Shown: positions 1 through 10,153, counted from the stretch's first letter. The stretch is DNA of 42,335 bases from an uncultured Lentisphaerales bacterium (GCA_943788985.1 CALSSJ010000039.1:1-42335); one strand, 5' to 3'. Notes: generated from the letters alone by a model not told the origin. Translations and numbers: made by a program.

Positions 1-102
1 AATCGCTCACGCCAGGATAAAAATTGTACGAGTCTGCCTGGCTCTGGCATCAAATGTGCTAGGCGGGGCCAGAACTTGTGGTTTTCTCCAATTGAGACTA
101 TC

Positions 103-572
103 ATGGAATTGATAAGAAACCACAATCCTGAGCAACAGGGGGCCCGCCATGCTTCAGTTCCACGCCACATCCGTACCGCAGGTCAGCGACTTCATGACGA
201 AACGGTAATCGCGCTAAAACCGGGACAAACCATGTGGCGAGCGGTGAAGATCCTGCTCGATGGTCGCATCTCTGGGGCACCCGTGATCGACGACGAGTAC
301 AACGTGATGGGATTCTCTCCGAGCGCGGACTGCGTCCTCTTTCTGGTGAATGCCCGCTACTACGAGGTGCTACCGGCACGGTCGAGGAGCACATGTCCAA
401 GGGCGTGATCAGCATCAGCCCAGGGATGCAGACATCTTCGCCGCGCGGACTTGTTCCGCCAACACAATTCCGGCGTCTGCCGGTGCTCGATGGCAATCGT
501 CTGGTCGGGATTCTCAGCCGTCGCGATGTGATGAGAACCGGGGATGATGATGTGGAAACCACGCGAGACTGA
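103..572 (+). pseudogene. CBS-pair domain protein split by frameshifts (probably sequencing indels); 3' end uncertain
   Basis: CBS motifs in two frames: 'RISGAPVIDD' (ORF 76..408) and 'VEEHMSKGVISISP...FRRLPVLDGNRLVGILSRRDVMR' (ORF 234..572). Confidence 0.7.
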
Positions 573-745
573 CGGTGCTCCCTTCGTGCGGACAATCTCA
601 AGAGCCGGGTCGAAGTGCCACACATTGTCACTCGCCCCGACTTCCACGGCTAGCAGTCCTGCTCGTAGATCTCCGCTGAAACTGGCGCATCTCGCAGCGG
701 CGGGTATTTTACCCAGCTTTATGTGAGACTACCCGAGGACTGATC

Positions 746-902
746 ATGTCACAAGAGATCGTAAAATTGGTATCCCAGCGAAGGCACTGGATTCTTTTAT
801 ACCACGACCCGCAATTCCCGTCTTGGTAAGAAGCTTGAACTGCGTAAGTACGACCCAGTCGCACGGAAACATTGCGTATTCAAAGAAGCCAAGATGAAGT
901 AA
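746..902 (+). CDS. rpmG: 50S ribosomal protein L33, Zn-free type; one extra base in the CCC run at 774-776
   Basis: Removing one C gives [51 protein letters not shown], with the L33 signature KYDP..RKH..F.E.K. GAGG RBS upstream. Absent from the ORF track. Confidence 0.93.
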
Positions 903-931
903 GGAGCCGGACCACGGTTCCCCTTCCAGAT

Positions 932-969
932 AGCCAGGACTCGCCGCGCGATGTCCCTGGCTTTTTTTT
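932..969 (+). terminator. Rho-independent terminator after rpmG
   Basis: Stem AGCCAGGAC...GTCCCTGGCT followed by a run of T. Confidence 0.75.
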
Positions 970-1369
970 GCTCGGACGAGATTGCGGAGTCCGCAAATCT
1001 TGCGCGTGCCCCACTGCAGACTGCGGACTTCGCACCAGCGACGCTTGCGGGCATGCCTGTACTGCGTGAGTTGGGCCGTGGTTGGTGCCCCTGTAGTCTA
1101 CGCAGTGCAGACAGACGCGGGACGGCCGGTCGCGGTAAAGGTGTCCCGCTTTCCAGGCGAAGACCTAATCTCGCGGTCGGTGCCGATTCGTGAAGGGAAT
1201 CTGCGGCCCCCACTGACCGTGCAGGCGGATTTTTCGGAGGAGTTGCAGCACGAGCTGAAGGTGCGCCGAGCGTGCGGAGATCGCAACACGCCTACCGCAA
1301 GTCAGTCTGGACGCGCGAGCGCTGCGGAACTGGCGGCTGACGATCGAACGTCAACGGGGGCTGCGTTTG

Positions 1370-3878
1370 ATCGGCCAATTGTCGAAATTCGGCCCAACTA
1401 CGCCAAGCGCTGTTGGAGGGGAATCGCCAGGTGATCGGCGCTCCGACCGGCTCTGGTAAGTCGACGCAAGTCCCGAAATACCTGCTGGATGCAAAGCTGA
1501 ACGGAAAGATCCTGGTGCTGGACGCGCGGCGGCTCGCGGCACGCATGCTAGCAGGGCGGTTTCGAGCGAGCTGAATGAGCCGGTTGGGCTCACGGTCGGC
1601 TACCAGACGCGGTTTGAGTCGGAGCACACCAAGGAGACCCAATCCTGTACATGACCGAAGGCATCCTACCGCGTATGCCTGCAGAGCAATCCGCGGCTGA
1701 ATGGCGTGGGGGGCGGTGGTGCTGGACGAGTTTCACGAGCGCACGCTGGATGCGGATCTGGCGCTGGGCGCAATCATGCAGTTGCAGGCGGACCGCCCAG
1801 ACTTGCAGCTGCTGGTGATGTCAGCAACGCTGGAGACCGCGGCCGCTGGCAGAGTTTCTGAATCCGTGTCAGGTGCTGCAGGCGGAGGGCAGGCTGCCCA
1901 CGATCGAGATTGAGCATGCGCAGCCCGGTGGGGCGCGCGAGATCTGGGACCAGGCAGCGTTGGCCGTGAAGCGACTGGTGGCGACCGGTGATTCTGGGGA
2001 CGTTCTGGTATTCATGCCGGGACGCGTACGAGATTCGGCGTACAATCGAGGCGGTGCGCAAGACCAAGCTGGGCGAACGGAGTGAGCTTGTTTCCGCTGT
2101 ATGGAGATCTCGGCGCGTCGCAGCAGGACGAGGCGCTTGGCGGGTGCGAACTCCGCAAGGTGATCGTGGCCACGAACATTGCCGAGACCTCGCTGACGAT
2201 CCGCGGCGTGAGGCATGTGGTTGACGCGGGCCTGGCACGCGTGAATCGCTATGATCCGGCGCGAGGCTAAACAGCTTGAACCTGGAGCCAATCAGTCGGG
2301 CCTCGGCGATCCAACGTACGGGGCGAGCTGGGCGGGAAGGCCCGGGGCGGTGCCTGCGGCTGTACACACGACGAGAGTTTGATAATCGCCCAGCACTGGC
2401 GGATCCAGAAATTCACCGGGTCGATCTGTCGGAACTGCTGCTGTATCTGGCATCGCGGTCCCTTGAGCCGGCGGAGTTTCCGTGGCTGTCCCCACCACAG
2501 GCACATGCCCTGGCCGAAGCCAGCAGGCTACTGGGTGCAGCTAGAAGCGGTGGAGGATGAAGAACTTACGGTGACGGGCCGGGCGTTGGCAAAGCTGCCG
2601 ATGCACCCGCGGCTGGCACGCTTGCTGTACGAAGCGCGGGATCGTGAGTGCCTGCTGACGGCAAATCGAGGTCGCTGCGCTGTTGTCCGAGCGCAGGCAT
2701 CGTGACCGGCGGCGCGCAGGGCATGAAAACCTTTTTTCGGAATTCGCAAAACGCGTATGGCAAGGGGCCAGAGAGCGACTTGGTCTGCCTGCTGAAGGCA
2801 TTGCATCTGGCCCGGGAACGTGGCTTTGATCGCCATGCCTGTGATCAGCAGTCCGTGCATGCAAACACCTGTCGGCAGGTCTGGCGTAGTGCTGCGCAGT
2901 TCGCAAAGGTGTGCGAACGATTGAAGTGGCGCATCACGGATTTTGCGCCGTTCGATGAGCTAATCAAGTGCCTGGTGACGGCGTTTCCGGATCGGCTGGC
3001 AGCACGACAGGATCTGAGCGGCAGCATCTGCCGGCTGGCAGAGGAAGGGCGGGCGGATTTGTCTAAGGCGGCCTCGGTGCGCAAGGCCCCGTTGATCGTG
3101 GCCGCGGAGTACCGGGTCACCAGCAAGCCCGGGGCGCCGACGCGGGCGGAGTTGGGCGTGGTGAGTGAAGTGCGCGAGGAGTGGCTGCGTGAGTTGGACC
3201 CAGGCGCGTTCTCCGTGGTCGATCGCATGGAGTGGGGTGCGCACGCAGCAGTTGATCGAGGCGCGGCGGGTAACCCGCTGGCGCGGGCTGGTGTTGTCCA
3301 CGGCACCGGGACGGCGCTTTAATTACGAGCAGGCGGCGGCGATGCTGGCGGAACGGATCATCTCGGAGGAGTTGCAGCTACGAGGCTGGAATAAGGACTG
3401 TAAGGCCTGGCAGGAGCGGGTGCGTTGGTTGACCGAGGTGCGCCCGGAACAGGGCCTGCCGGCATACGACGATGACGATATGAGGATCGTGTATGCGGAG
3501 TTCGCAGATGGGGCTCGGCGCTACACGGATATTCGCGACAAGCCGGTGCTGCCGTACCTGAAGAATGTGCTGTCGTGGGATGATCAGCAGTTGGTGGAGA
3601 AGATGGCTCCGGCAGAGCTGCCGCTTCCGGGCGGGCGTAAGCTGCGCATTTCGTATCGGCCAGGCCGCGGGCCGACGGGCCGGGCCAAGATTCAGGAGCT
3701 GTATGGCCTGGAGGAGACGCCGCAGGTGGCTGGGGGCACGCCAGTGCAGATCGAGATTCTCGGGCCGAATATGCGGCCAGTGCAGGTGACCGAGGACCTG
3801 GCCGGGTTTTGGCGAGACTTGTACCCGGAGATCAAGCCCGCGCTGGCGCGCCGGTACCCGAAGCACGAGTGGCGGTAG
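1370..3878 (+). pseudogene. hrpB: ATP-dependent RNA helicase HrpB (DEAH/RHA) broken by multiple frameshifts, probably assembly errors; start approximate
   Basis: Motifs in order across frames: APTGSGKST (~1440), [44 protein letters not shown], and the HrpB C-terminus 'PVQVTEDLAGFW...RYPKHEW'. Confidence 0.9.
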
Positions 3879-5217
3879 GACTCTTGACTCCTGACTCTTG
3901 ACTCTTGAGCTGACTCTTTGACCGGGCTGACTCTTTGACCGTCACCACGTCAACGAGTCACTTCGTCATTCCAAGAGTCAAGAGTCAAAGAGTCAAGAGT
4001 CCCCGCGCTAGGAATCGCGCTGCGGGCGGGAAGTTCGAGCAAGGCAGAACGGCGAGGGAAAAGCTGCAAGCTTGGGAATTTGACTCTTGACTTCTGACTC
4101 TTGACTCTTGGGCTGACTCTTTGACCGGGATGACTCTTTGACCGTCACGACGTCAACGAGTCACTTCGTCATTCCAAGAGTCAAGAGTCAAAGAGTCAAG
4201 AGTCCCCCCGTTAGTAATCCCGCTGCGGGCGGGAAGTTCGAGCAAGGCAGAACGGCGAGGGAAAAGCTGCAAGCTTGGGAATTTGACTCTTGACTCCTGA
4301 CTCTTGACTCTTGAGCTGACTCTTTGACCGGGCTGACTCTTTGACCGTCACCACGTCAACGAGTCACTTCGTCATTCCAAGAGTCAAGAGTCAAAGAGTC
4401 AAGAGTCCCCCGCTAGTAATCCCGCTGCGGGCGGGAAGTTCGAGCAAGGCAGAACGGCGAGGGAAAAGCTGCAAGCTTGGGAATTTGACTCTTGACTCCT
4501 GACTCTTGACTCTTGGGCTGACTCTTTGACCGGGATGACTCTTTGACCGTCACGATGTCAACCAGTCACTTGGTCATTCCAAGAGTCAAAGAGTCAAGAG
4601 TCAAGAGTCAAGAGTCCCCCGGCCAGAAATCCCGCTGCGGGCGGGAAGTTCGAGCAAGGCAGAACGGCGAGGGAAAAGCTGCAAGCTTGGGAATTTGACT
4701 CTTGACTCCTGACTCTTGACTCTTGAGCTGACTCTTTGACCGGGCTGACTCTTTGACCGTCACCACGTCAACGAGTCACTTCGTCATTCCAAGAGTCAAG
4801 AGTCAAGAGTCAAGAGTCCCCCGCGCTAGGAATCGCGCTGCGGGCGGGAAGTTCGAGCAAGGCAGAACGGCGAGGGAAAAGCTGCAAGCTTGGGAATTTG
4901 ACTCTTAACTCCTGACTCCTGACTCTTGAGCTGACTCTTTGACCGGGCTGACTCTTTGACCGTCACCACGTCAACGAGTCACTTCGTCATTCCAAGAGTC
5001 AAGAGTCAAAGAGTCAAGAGTCCCCCGGCCAGAAATCCCGCTGCGGGCGAGAAGTTCGAGCAAGGCGGAACGGCGAGGGAAAAGCTGCAAGCTTGGGAAT
5101 TTGACTCTTGACTCCTGACTCTTGAGCTGACTCTCTGACCGGGCTGACTCTCTGACCGTCACGATGTCAACCAGTCACTTGGTCAATCCAAGAGTCGAAA
5201 GTCAAAAGTTAAGAGTC
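3879..5217. repeat. Tandem array of 7 palindromic ~123-bp units and 6 near-identical ~80-bp linkers (period ~203 bp)
   Basis: Units at 3879-4001, 4082-4204, 4285-4407, 4487-4616, 4697-4818, 4900-5022, 5103-5217. Left arms are (GACTCTT)n and right arms (AAGAGTC)n. Linker core GCTGCGGGCGGGAAGTTCGAGCAAGGCAGAACGGCGAGGGAAAAGCTGCAAGCTTGGGAATTT. Confidence 0.97.
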
Positions 5218-5331
5218 CACCAGGCGGTCTCGCATGGCAAAATGTCATCACGTCAACCACCGAGTCACCCTAGTCACCAAGTCAAAGTCACCATTACAGC
5301 GCAAGCTCTGTCTCTGCTTCTCCTACGCCGG

Positions 5332-6942
5332 TCAGCGGCCTTCATTCATGGCTAGGGCCACTGCCTCGGCTACTTTCACGCCATCGACACCGGCCGAGAG
5401 GATTCCGCCTGCATAGCCTGCGCCTTCGCCTGCGGGGAATAGCCCGCGGATACTGAGGCTCTGGAAGTCCTTGCCACGCGTCATCCGAATCGGAGACGAG
5501 GTGCGCGTCTCCACCCCCGTCATCACGGCATCCGGGCGTGCGTAGCCTTTGATTTTACGATCAAAGGCGGGCAGCGCCTCGCGCATTGCCGCGATCACAA
5601 AGTCCGGTAGGCATTCACTGAGGTCGGTGAGCTTGACTGCTGGCTTGTACGAGGGAATGACCTCGCCAAGTTTTGTCGAGGGCCGTCCCGCGAGAAAGTC
5701 GCCCACCAGCTGGGCAGGCGCATCATAATTCCCGCCGCCGGCCTGAAAGGCCAGCGTCTCAATCTTACGTTGGAGTTCAATGCCGGCCAGCGGATCGTCG
5801 CTGGGAAAGTCTTCCGGGGTGATGCCGACGACCATGCCGGCATTCGCATTGTGCTCCACGCGCGAATACTGACTCATGCCATTGGTCACCACGCGCCCCG
5901 CTTCTGAGGTCGCCGCCAGGACCGTGCCGCCGGGGCACATGCAGAAGCTGTAGACGCTTCGCGCATTCTTGCAGTGGTGCACCAGCCGATAGTCCGCCGA
6001 GCCTAAAATCTCGTGCCCGGCTTGCGGGCCATATTGGCTCTTGTCGATCATCGACTGCGGGTGCTCGATGCGCACACCGATCGAAAAGGGCTTTGGCTCA
6101 ATGAGCACGCCCTTGTTCAACAGCATCTCGAAGGTGTCGCGCGAGCTGTGCCCAACTGCCATCACGACGTAGCGGCTGGCGATCTCGCTGCCGTCGGCCA
6201 AGCGTACGCCCTGTACTTGTTCGCTCTCGACCAGCAACTCCGAGACTTGACTACCAAAGCGAATCTCGCCGCCGAGGTCGGTGATCGTGGCCCGCAAGTG
6301 CTCGACAATCTTGACCAATCGAAAGGTGCCGATGTGCGGTCGATAGACATAAAGGATCTCGGGCCGGGCACCGGCATTCACGAATTCGGTAAGTACCTTG
6401 CGCCCTTGGTGCTTTCGGTCCTTGATCTGGCTGTAGAGCTTGCCGTCTGAAAAGGTTCCGGCGCCGCCCTCGCCATACTGCACGTTCGACTCCGGATCAA
6501 ATTCCCGCTGGCGCCAGAAACCAAAGGTATCTTTGGTGCGCTGACGCACCGCCTGGCCGCGTTCCAAGACGATCGGGCGATAGCCCATCTGCGCCAGCAA
6601 CAGTGCTGCGAAATAGCCGCAAGGCCCGGCGCCCACCACGATCGGGCGCTCTTGGAGATCCGGCGGGGCCTCGGCCACCATCTGATAGGTGGTGTCCGGC
6701 GTCAGCCGAATCTTCTGGTCGCGCTTAAGCTGTTCCAGCAGCGTCTCGTCGTCGAGGCTGGTCTCGGCATCGACCACGTAGACCAGCAAGATATTGCCGC
6801 GCTTGCGGGCATCCAGGCTGCGCTTGAAGACTGCGTAGGTACCTAGTTCATCGTCGCTAATCCGCAAGCGCCTCAGTAGGGCTGCTCGCAGGTCGGCGAG
6901 GCTGTGATCCAAGGGCAGGGTGATTTCGGAGACTCTGATCAT
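5332..6942 (-). CDS. NAD(P)/FAD-dependent oxidoreductase (uncharacterised FAD-dependent dehydrogenase family)
   Basis: GAGPCG dinucleotide-binding motif, GEGGAGTFSDGKL, FCMCPGG, GVETRTSSP, GEGAGYAGGI. Start taken at ATG (MIRVSEI). Confidence 0.88.
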   Translation of the reverse strand: MIRVSEITLPLDHSLADLRAALLRRLRISDDELGTYAVFKRSLDARKRGNILLVYVVDAETSLDDETLLEQLKRDQKIRLTPDTTYQMVAEAPPDLQERPIVVGAGPCGYFAALLLAQMGYRPIVLERGQAVRQRTKDTFGFWRQREFDPESNVQYGEGGAGTFSDGKLYSQIKDRKHQGRKVLTEFVNAGARPEILYVYRPHIGTFRLVKIVEHLRATITDLGGEIRFGSQVSELLVESEQVQGVRLADGSEIASRYVVMAVGHSSRDTFEMLLNKGVLIEPKPFSIGVRIEHPQSMIDKSQYGPQAGHEILGSADYRLVHHCKNARSVYSFCMCPGGTVLAATSEAGRVVTNGMSQYSRVEHNANAGMVVGITPEDFPSDDPLAGIELQRKIETLAFQAGGGNYDAPAQLVGDFLAGRPSTKLGEVIPSYKPAVKLTDLSECLPDFVIAAMREALPAFDRKIKGYARPDAVMTGVETRTSSPIRMTRGKDFQSLSIRGLFPAGEGAGYAGGILSAGVDGVKVAEAVALAMNEGR

Positions 6943-7163
6943 GCTGATACCTTGCCTGCTCACGCCGTTCTTTCGCAGGACAATTCAGCAGGAGTCTCAT
7001 TGGGAAGACGCGGTGCTCCCGCAAGCGGGGCCTGTTGTTGTCTGTTTTTGGACTCGCGACTTTTGACTCGCGACTCGCGGGTAGGATGATGCATTGACTT
7101 TGTGACAACTAAGCAGCGGTGTCGGATAAAAACCGGCAGTCACCACGTCAAGAAGTCAAGGTG

Positions 7164-7907
7164 TCAGTCGAGGCGGGCGAAGAGGTAGCGGACCTCTACC
7201 TCGATCGTCAAGGGAATGACGTGGCGGCGATAGAGTTCGGCGACCGCCGCCGGGGCGATCTTGCAGGTGGCCGCTAGATCCGTCTCGAAGTCGACGTCGT
7301 GGCCGTAGGTCGCGGCCTTCTTTTCGATGCGGCGCAGGACGCGTTCCTCGACTTGCGGACTCCGCAACTCGTGGACGACGGCCTCGCGATCGCGGGCGCG
7401 GATCGCGGGGATGTACGCATCAGGGGCCGCGGAGAATTTTGCCTCGGCGACAAACTTCCCGTAGTGAATGCGCTTGGCTAAGGCCTGAAGAACGGCGACG
7501 TCGCAGGTGGCGCTGGAGCCATAGTTGCCGTCGTCTCCAGCCGGACAGATGGCAGGCAGGATCTCGTGGAGGTAGACCTGGTAGATCTCGTCGCAGACGG
7601 TGATGTCGTTGGGCATGATCGAGGTGGACGGCGGCAGCGGCGGGAGGCTGGACGCAGGCAGTTCGCGGGTGAATGCGTTCTCTTCGGGGCTGAGATAGCG
7701 GCGCACTCTGGCGTGCAGGTTCTCGGTCTCGGCGAGAAAGAAGTGGAGAAAGGAAGGGGGACCACTGAGAATCGCGTCCGCGATGTAGACGGGCGGATTG
7801 CGCGGAAACTGGGCGCGCTCGATCAGGGCAAAGATGATGGTCTCTTCCAGGCGAATCAGCCGCTCACGAATGCTGCTGAGTTGAGGTGGCGTTTGGGCTG
7901 TCCACAT
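7164..7907 (-). CDS. Chorismate mutase, yeast/plant (ARO7-like) type
   Basis: 'L.SIR..LIRLEETIIFALIERAQF..N..VY', 'HARVRRY.SPEE.AF', 'DDGNYGSSATCD...LQAL..RIHYGKFVAEAKF', 'VIPLT..VEV.YL..RL' match eukaryotic-type chorismate mutase; 247 aa. Confidence 0.9.
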   Translation of the reverse strand: MWTAQTPPQLSSIRERLIRLEETIIFALIERAQFPRNPPVYIADAILSGPPSFLHFFLAETENLHARVRRYLSPEENAFTRELPASSLPPLPPSTSIMPNDITVCDEIYQVYLHEILPAICPAGDDGNYGSSATCDVAVLQALAKRIHYGKFVAEAKFSAAPDAYIPAIRARDREAVVHELRSPQVEERVLRRIEKKAATYGHDVDFETDLAATCKIAPAAVAELYRRHVIPLTIEVEVRYLFARLD

Positions 7908-8011
7908 AGCGAAGGCGTGCTTCCCGGTTATACTGTAGCATTTTACGAAACGGGGCCGATACGGTACTACAATCTGCTGTGTTTTGAAGCGGTGAAGACG
8001 GAGATGGGCTG

Positions 8012-8605
8012 TTGATTGATCATTCGGAAGATGAACGGACGATTCCAGAGAAGATCCGGTTTGTACGGGATCTGCGTGGGCTGTCGCAGGAAGAATTTGC
8101 TCGGCAGCTGGGGGTTTCGTTTCCCACAGTGAATGCCTGGGAGCGCGGCCGCTCCCAACCGTACCCGCGGCATCGCAAGTCGATTGATGAGCTGTATAAG
8201 GACACGCTGGCGGATGACCGCAGCCGGACTGTGATGATCGTGGAGGATGATCCGTCGTCGGCGATCGTGCTCCAGGAGTATGTGGCGTTGGCATTGCCGG
8301 AATGGTCGACCCGGATCATGCTCAATGGCTATGATGCGATGATTCAACTCGGCGTACTGCGGCCAAGGCTGGTGCTGCTGGATATCATGATGCCGGAGAT
8401 CGATGGTTTCAAAGTACTGGATCGCATCCGGAACATGGAGGAGATGGCGGATACGCTGGTGATCTTCGTGACGGCAGCTACGGATGAACGGGTGCTGGCG
8501 AGGGTGGCGGAGTCTGGATCGTATGGCCTGATGCAGAAGCCGTTGGTCCGGGACGAAGTCTTCGGGTTGTTGAAGGCTGCTGCCACCGAGTCACTCGGCT
8601 ACTGA
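8012..8605 (+). CDS. Response regulator with N-terminal XRE helix-turn-helix and C-terminal receiver domain
   Basis: HTH 'LSQEEFARQLGVSFPTVNAWERG'; receiver motifs 'IVEDD', 'LLDIMMP', 'FVTA', 'QKP'. Confidence 0.88.
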   Translation: MIDHSEDERTIPEKIRFVRDLRGLSQEEFARQLGVSFPTVNAWERGRSQPYPRHRKSIDELYKDTLADDRSRTVMIVEDDPSSAIVLQEYVALALPEWSTRIMLNGYDAMIQLGVLRPRLVLLDIMMPEIDGFKVLDRIRNMEEMADTLVIFVTAATDERVLARVAESGSYGLMQKPLVRDEVFGLLKAAATESLGY

Positions 8606-8641
8606 TGGGCGATGCTGGCCTTGGCTGATGCAGGTTAGCTG

Positions 8642-10153
8642 ATGTGGCGCTCGCATTTTGCCCCTCACATTGTCTTTGTCTTCCTGCTGGCTATCTCTGG
8701 TACGTTTGGCGGGCTGCGCCTGTTGGGCCATTTGCGCTCGCTGGAGGAGACCCGGTTACAGCTGACCCTGGCCAAGCAGCAGATCAGCGAGATGCGCACG
8801 CTGCATGACCACTTGCCCGCCTGCGTGGATAATCTGGCACATTTCATGAATCACCCCAGCCGGGATTGGCAGGAGCGGTTTCGCAGCTCGTTTGGCGAAT
8901 TGGCCGCGGCCAGCACGGCAATCGAGGCAGTCCCACCCAGGTTTCACGGGTTTCGTGCGGAGATCGCACGCATGGAGCAGCACCTGACGCGCTGGTCGGC
9001 CTGGTCGCCGGACGAGCAGGCTGAAGACGTCCTTGCCGACCTGGACAATGGCCTGCGCAGGTTGAATGCGCACTGGGGGGCGATGGTGGACCATGCGCTG
9101 TCGACGGTGGTGGAGCAGGCCAAGGACACGGAGATGAAGCAGCAGGCGCTGTTGCGCGAGGCTTTTATCGGAATTGTACTGTGGTCGGCTCTGGCAATGG
9201 CCTATTTGGTGATCGTGCAGATCATGCTGGCGGTGCCAGTTGAGCGCCTGGCCCGCGTGATGCGGGCGGTGCGGAAGGGGGATCTACAGGCCCGCGCCAA
9301 AGTTGCTTCTGGTAGCCCGGTCGGGCGCTTGGCGCAGGACTCGAATCTGATGGTGGATGCGCTGGTCGAAACGCTTTCCGAGCAGGAGCAGACCGTGGCC
9401 ACGCTGCGGCGCACGAACGAGGAGTTGGTGGCTGCGAATCGGCACAAGAACATGTTTCTGGCCATGGTGAGTCACGAGCTAAAGACGCCGTTGAATGCCA
9501 TCATTGGTTTCGCAGACATCCTGTCGATCAACCAACCGAAAAATCTCACGGACAAGCAGCTGGATTTCGTGCAGCGAATCTTCACGGCGGGCCAGCACCT
9601 TCAGGCGATGATCAGTGATCTCATCGACATCGCCAAGATCGATGTGAACGCGATCGAGCTGAGCTCGGAGGCGTTTGACGTGGGCGAGTTGCTCCGTGAG
9701 GTGTACGACATGCTGGCCAACGAGTCGGAGCAGGAGGGTCAGTCGTTGGTGCTTTCAATCCCGGAGACAGCGATCCCCGCTGAGTTGGATCGCACCCGAG
9801 TGAAGCAGATTATCGTGAATTTGGCGGCGAACGCGGTGAAGTTTACCCCGGAAGGCGGGCGCGTAGAGCTCGTGGCACGAACTGACGGCGAGGTGTTGAA
9901 GCTGCGGGTGGTGGACGACGGCATCGGGATCGCACTAGATCAGCAGGAGCGCATCTTCGGCGTATTTGTGCAGGGCGATGCCCGCCTCCAGCGGCAGCAC
10001 GAAGGCGTCGGGTTGGGCCTGGCTTTGACAAAACGACTTGTGAATTTGATGGCTGGCACAATTGGTGTGAGCAGCAAACCGGGTGAGGGTGCTGCGTTTG
10101 ACGTGACCCTGCCGCTCCGTAGGCCCGAACCAGAGGGAGCCCAAACGACATGA
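8642..10153 (+). CDS. Membrane sensor histidine kinase (2 TM, HAMP, HisKA, HATPase)
   Basis: H-box SHELKTPLNAI, N-box NLAANAVKFT, G1 DDGIG, G2 GVGLGL; HAMP 'PVERLARVMRAVRKGDL'. Confidence 0.93.
   Translation: MWRSHFAPHIVFVFLLAISGTFGGLRLLGHLRSLEETRLQLTLAKQQISEMRTLHDHLPACVDNLAHFMNHPSRDWQERFRSSFGELAAASTAIEAVPPRFHGFRAEIARMEQHLTRWSAWSPDEQAEDVLADLDNGLRRLNAHWGAMVDHALSTVVEQAKDTEMKQQALLREAFIGIVLWSALAMAYLVIVQIMLAVPVERLARVMRAVRKGDLQARAKVASGSPVGRLAQDSNLMVDALVETLSEQEQTVATLRRTNEELVAANRHKNMFLAMVSHELKTPLNAIIGFADILSINQPKNLTDKQLDFVQRIFTAGQHLQAMISDLIDIAKIDVNAIELSSEAFDVGELLREVYDMLANESEQEGQSLVLSIPETAIPAELDRTRVKQIIVNLAANAVKFTPEGGRVELVARTDGEVLKLRVVDDGIGIALDQQERIFGVFVQGDARLQRQHEGVGLGLALTKRLVNLMAGTIGVSSKPGEGAAFDVTLPLRRPEPEGAQTT

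Noticed and set aside
982..1434. Possible gene between rpmG and hrpB
   Set aside because: May be a frameshifted real gene, but no motif is recognisable and the region is error-rich.
3879..5217. CRISPR array
   Set aside because: Repeats are ~123 bp, the intervening sequences are near-identical rather than unique, and no cas genes are in the window.
4971..5416. Short ORFs in and beside the array
   Set aside because: Low-complexity translations of the heptamer repeats (ESQ/DSLTL) with no recognisable domain.
7908..8294. N-terminal extensions in the ORF track (chorismate mutase, pyrC, PhyH, sulfatase, Tim44 protein)
   Set aside because: They overlap neighbouring genes; homology and RBS positions support the downstream starts.
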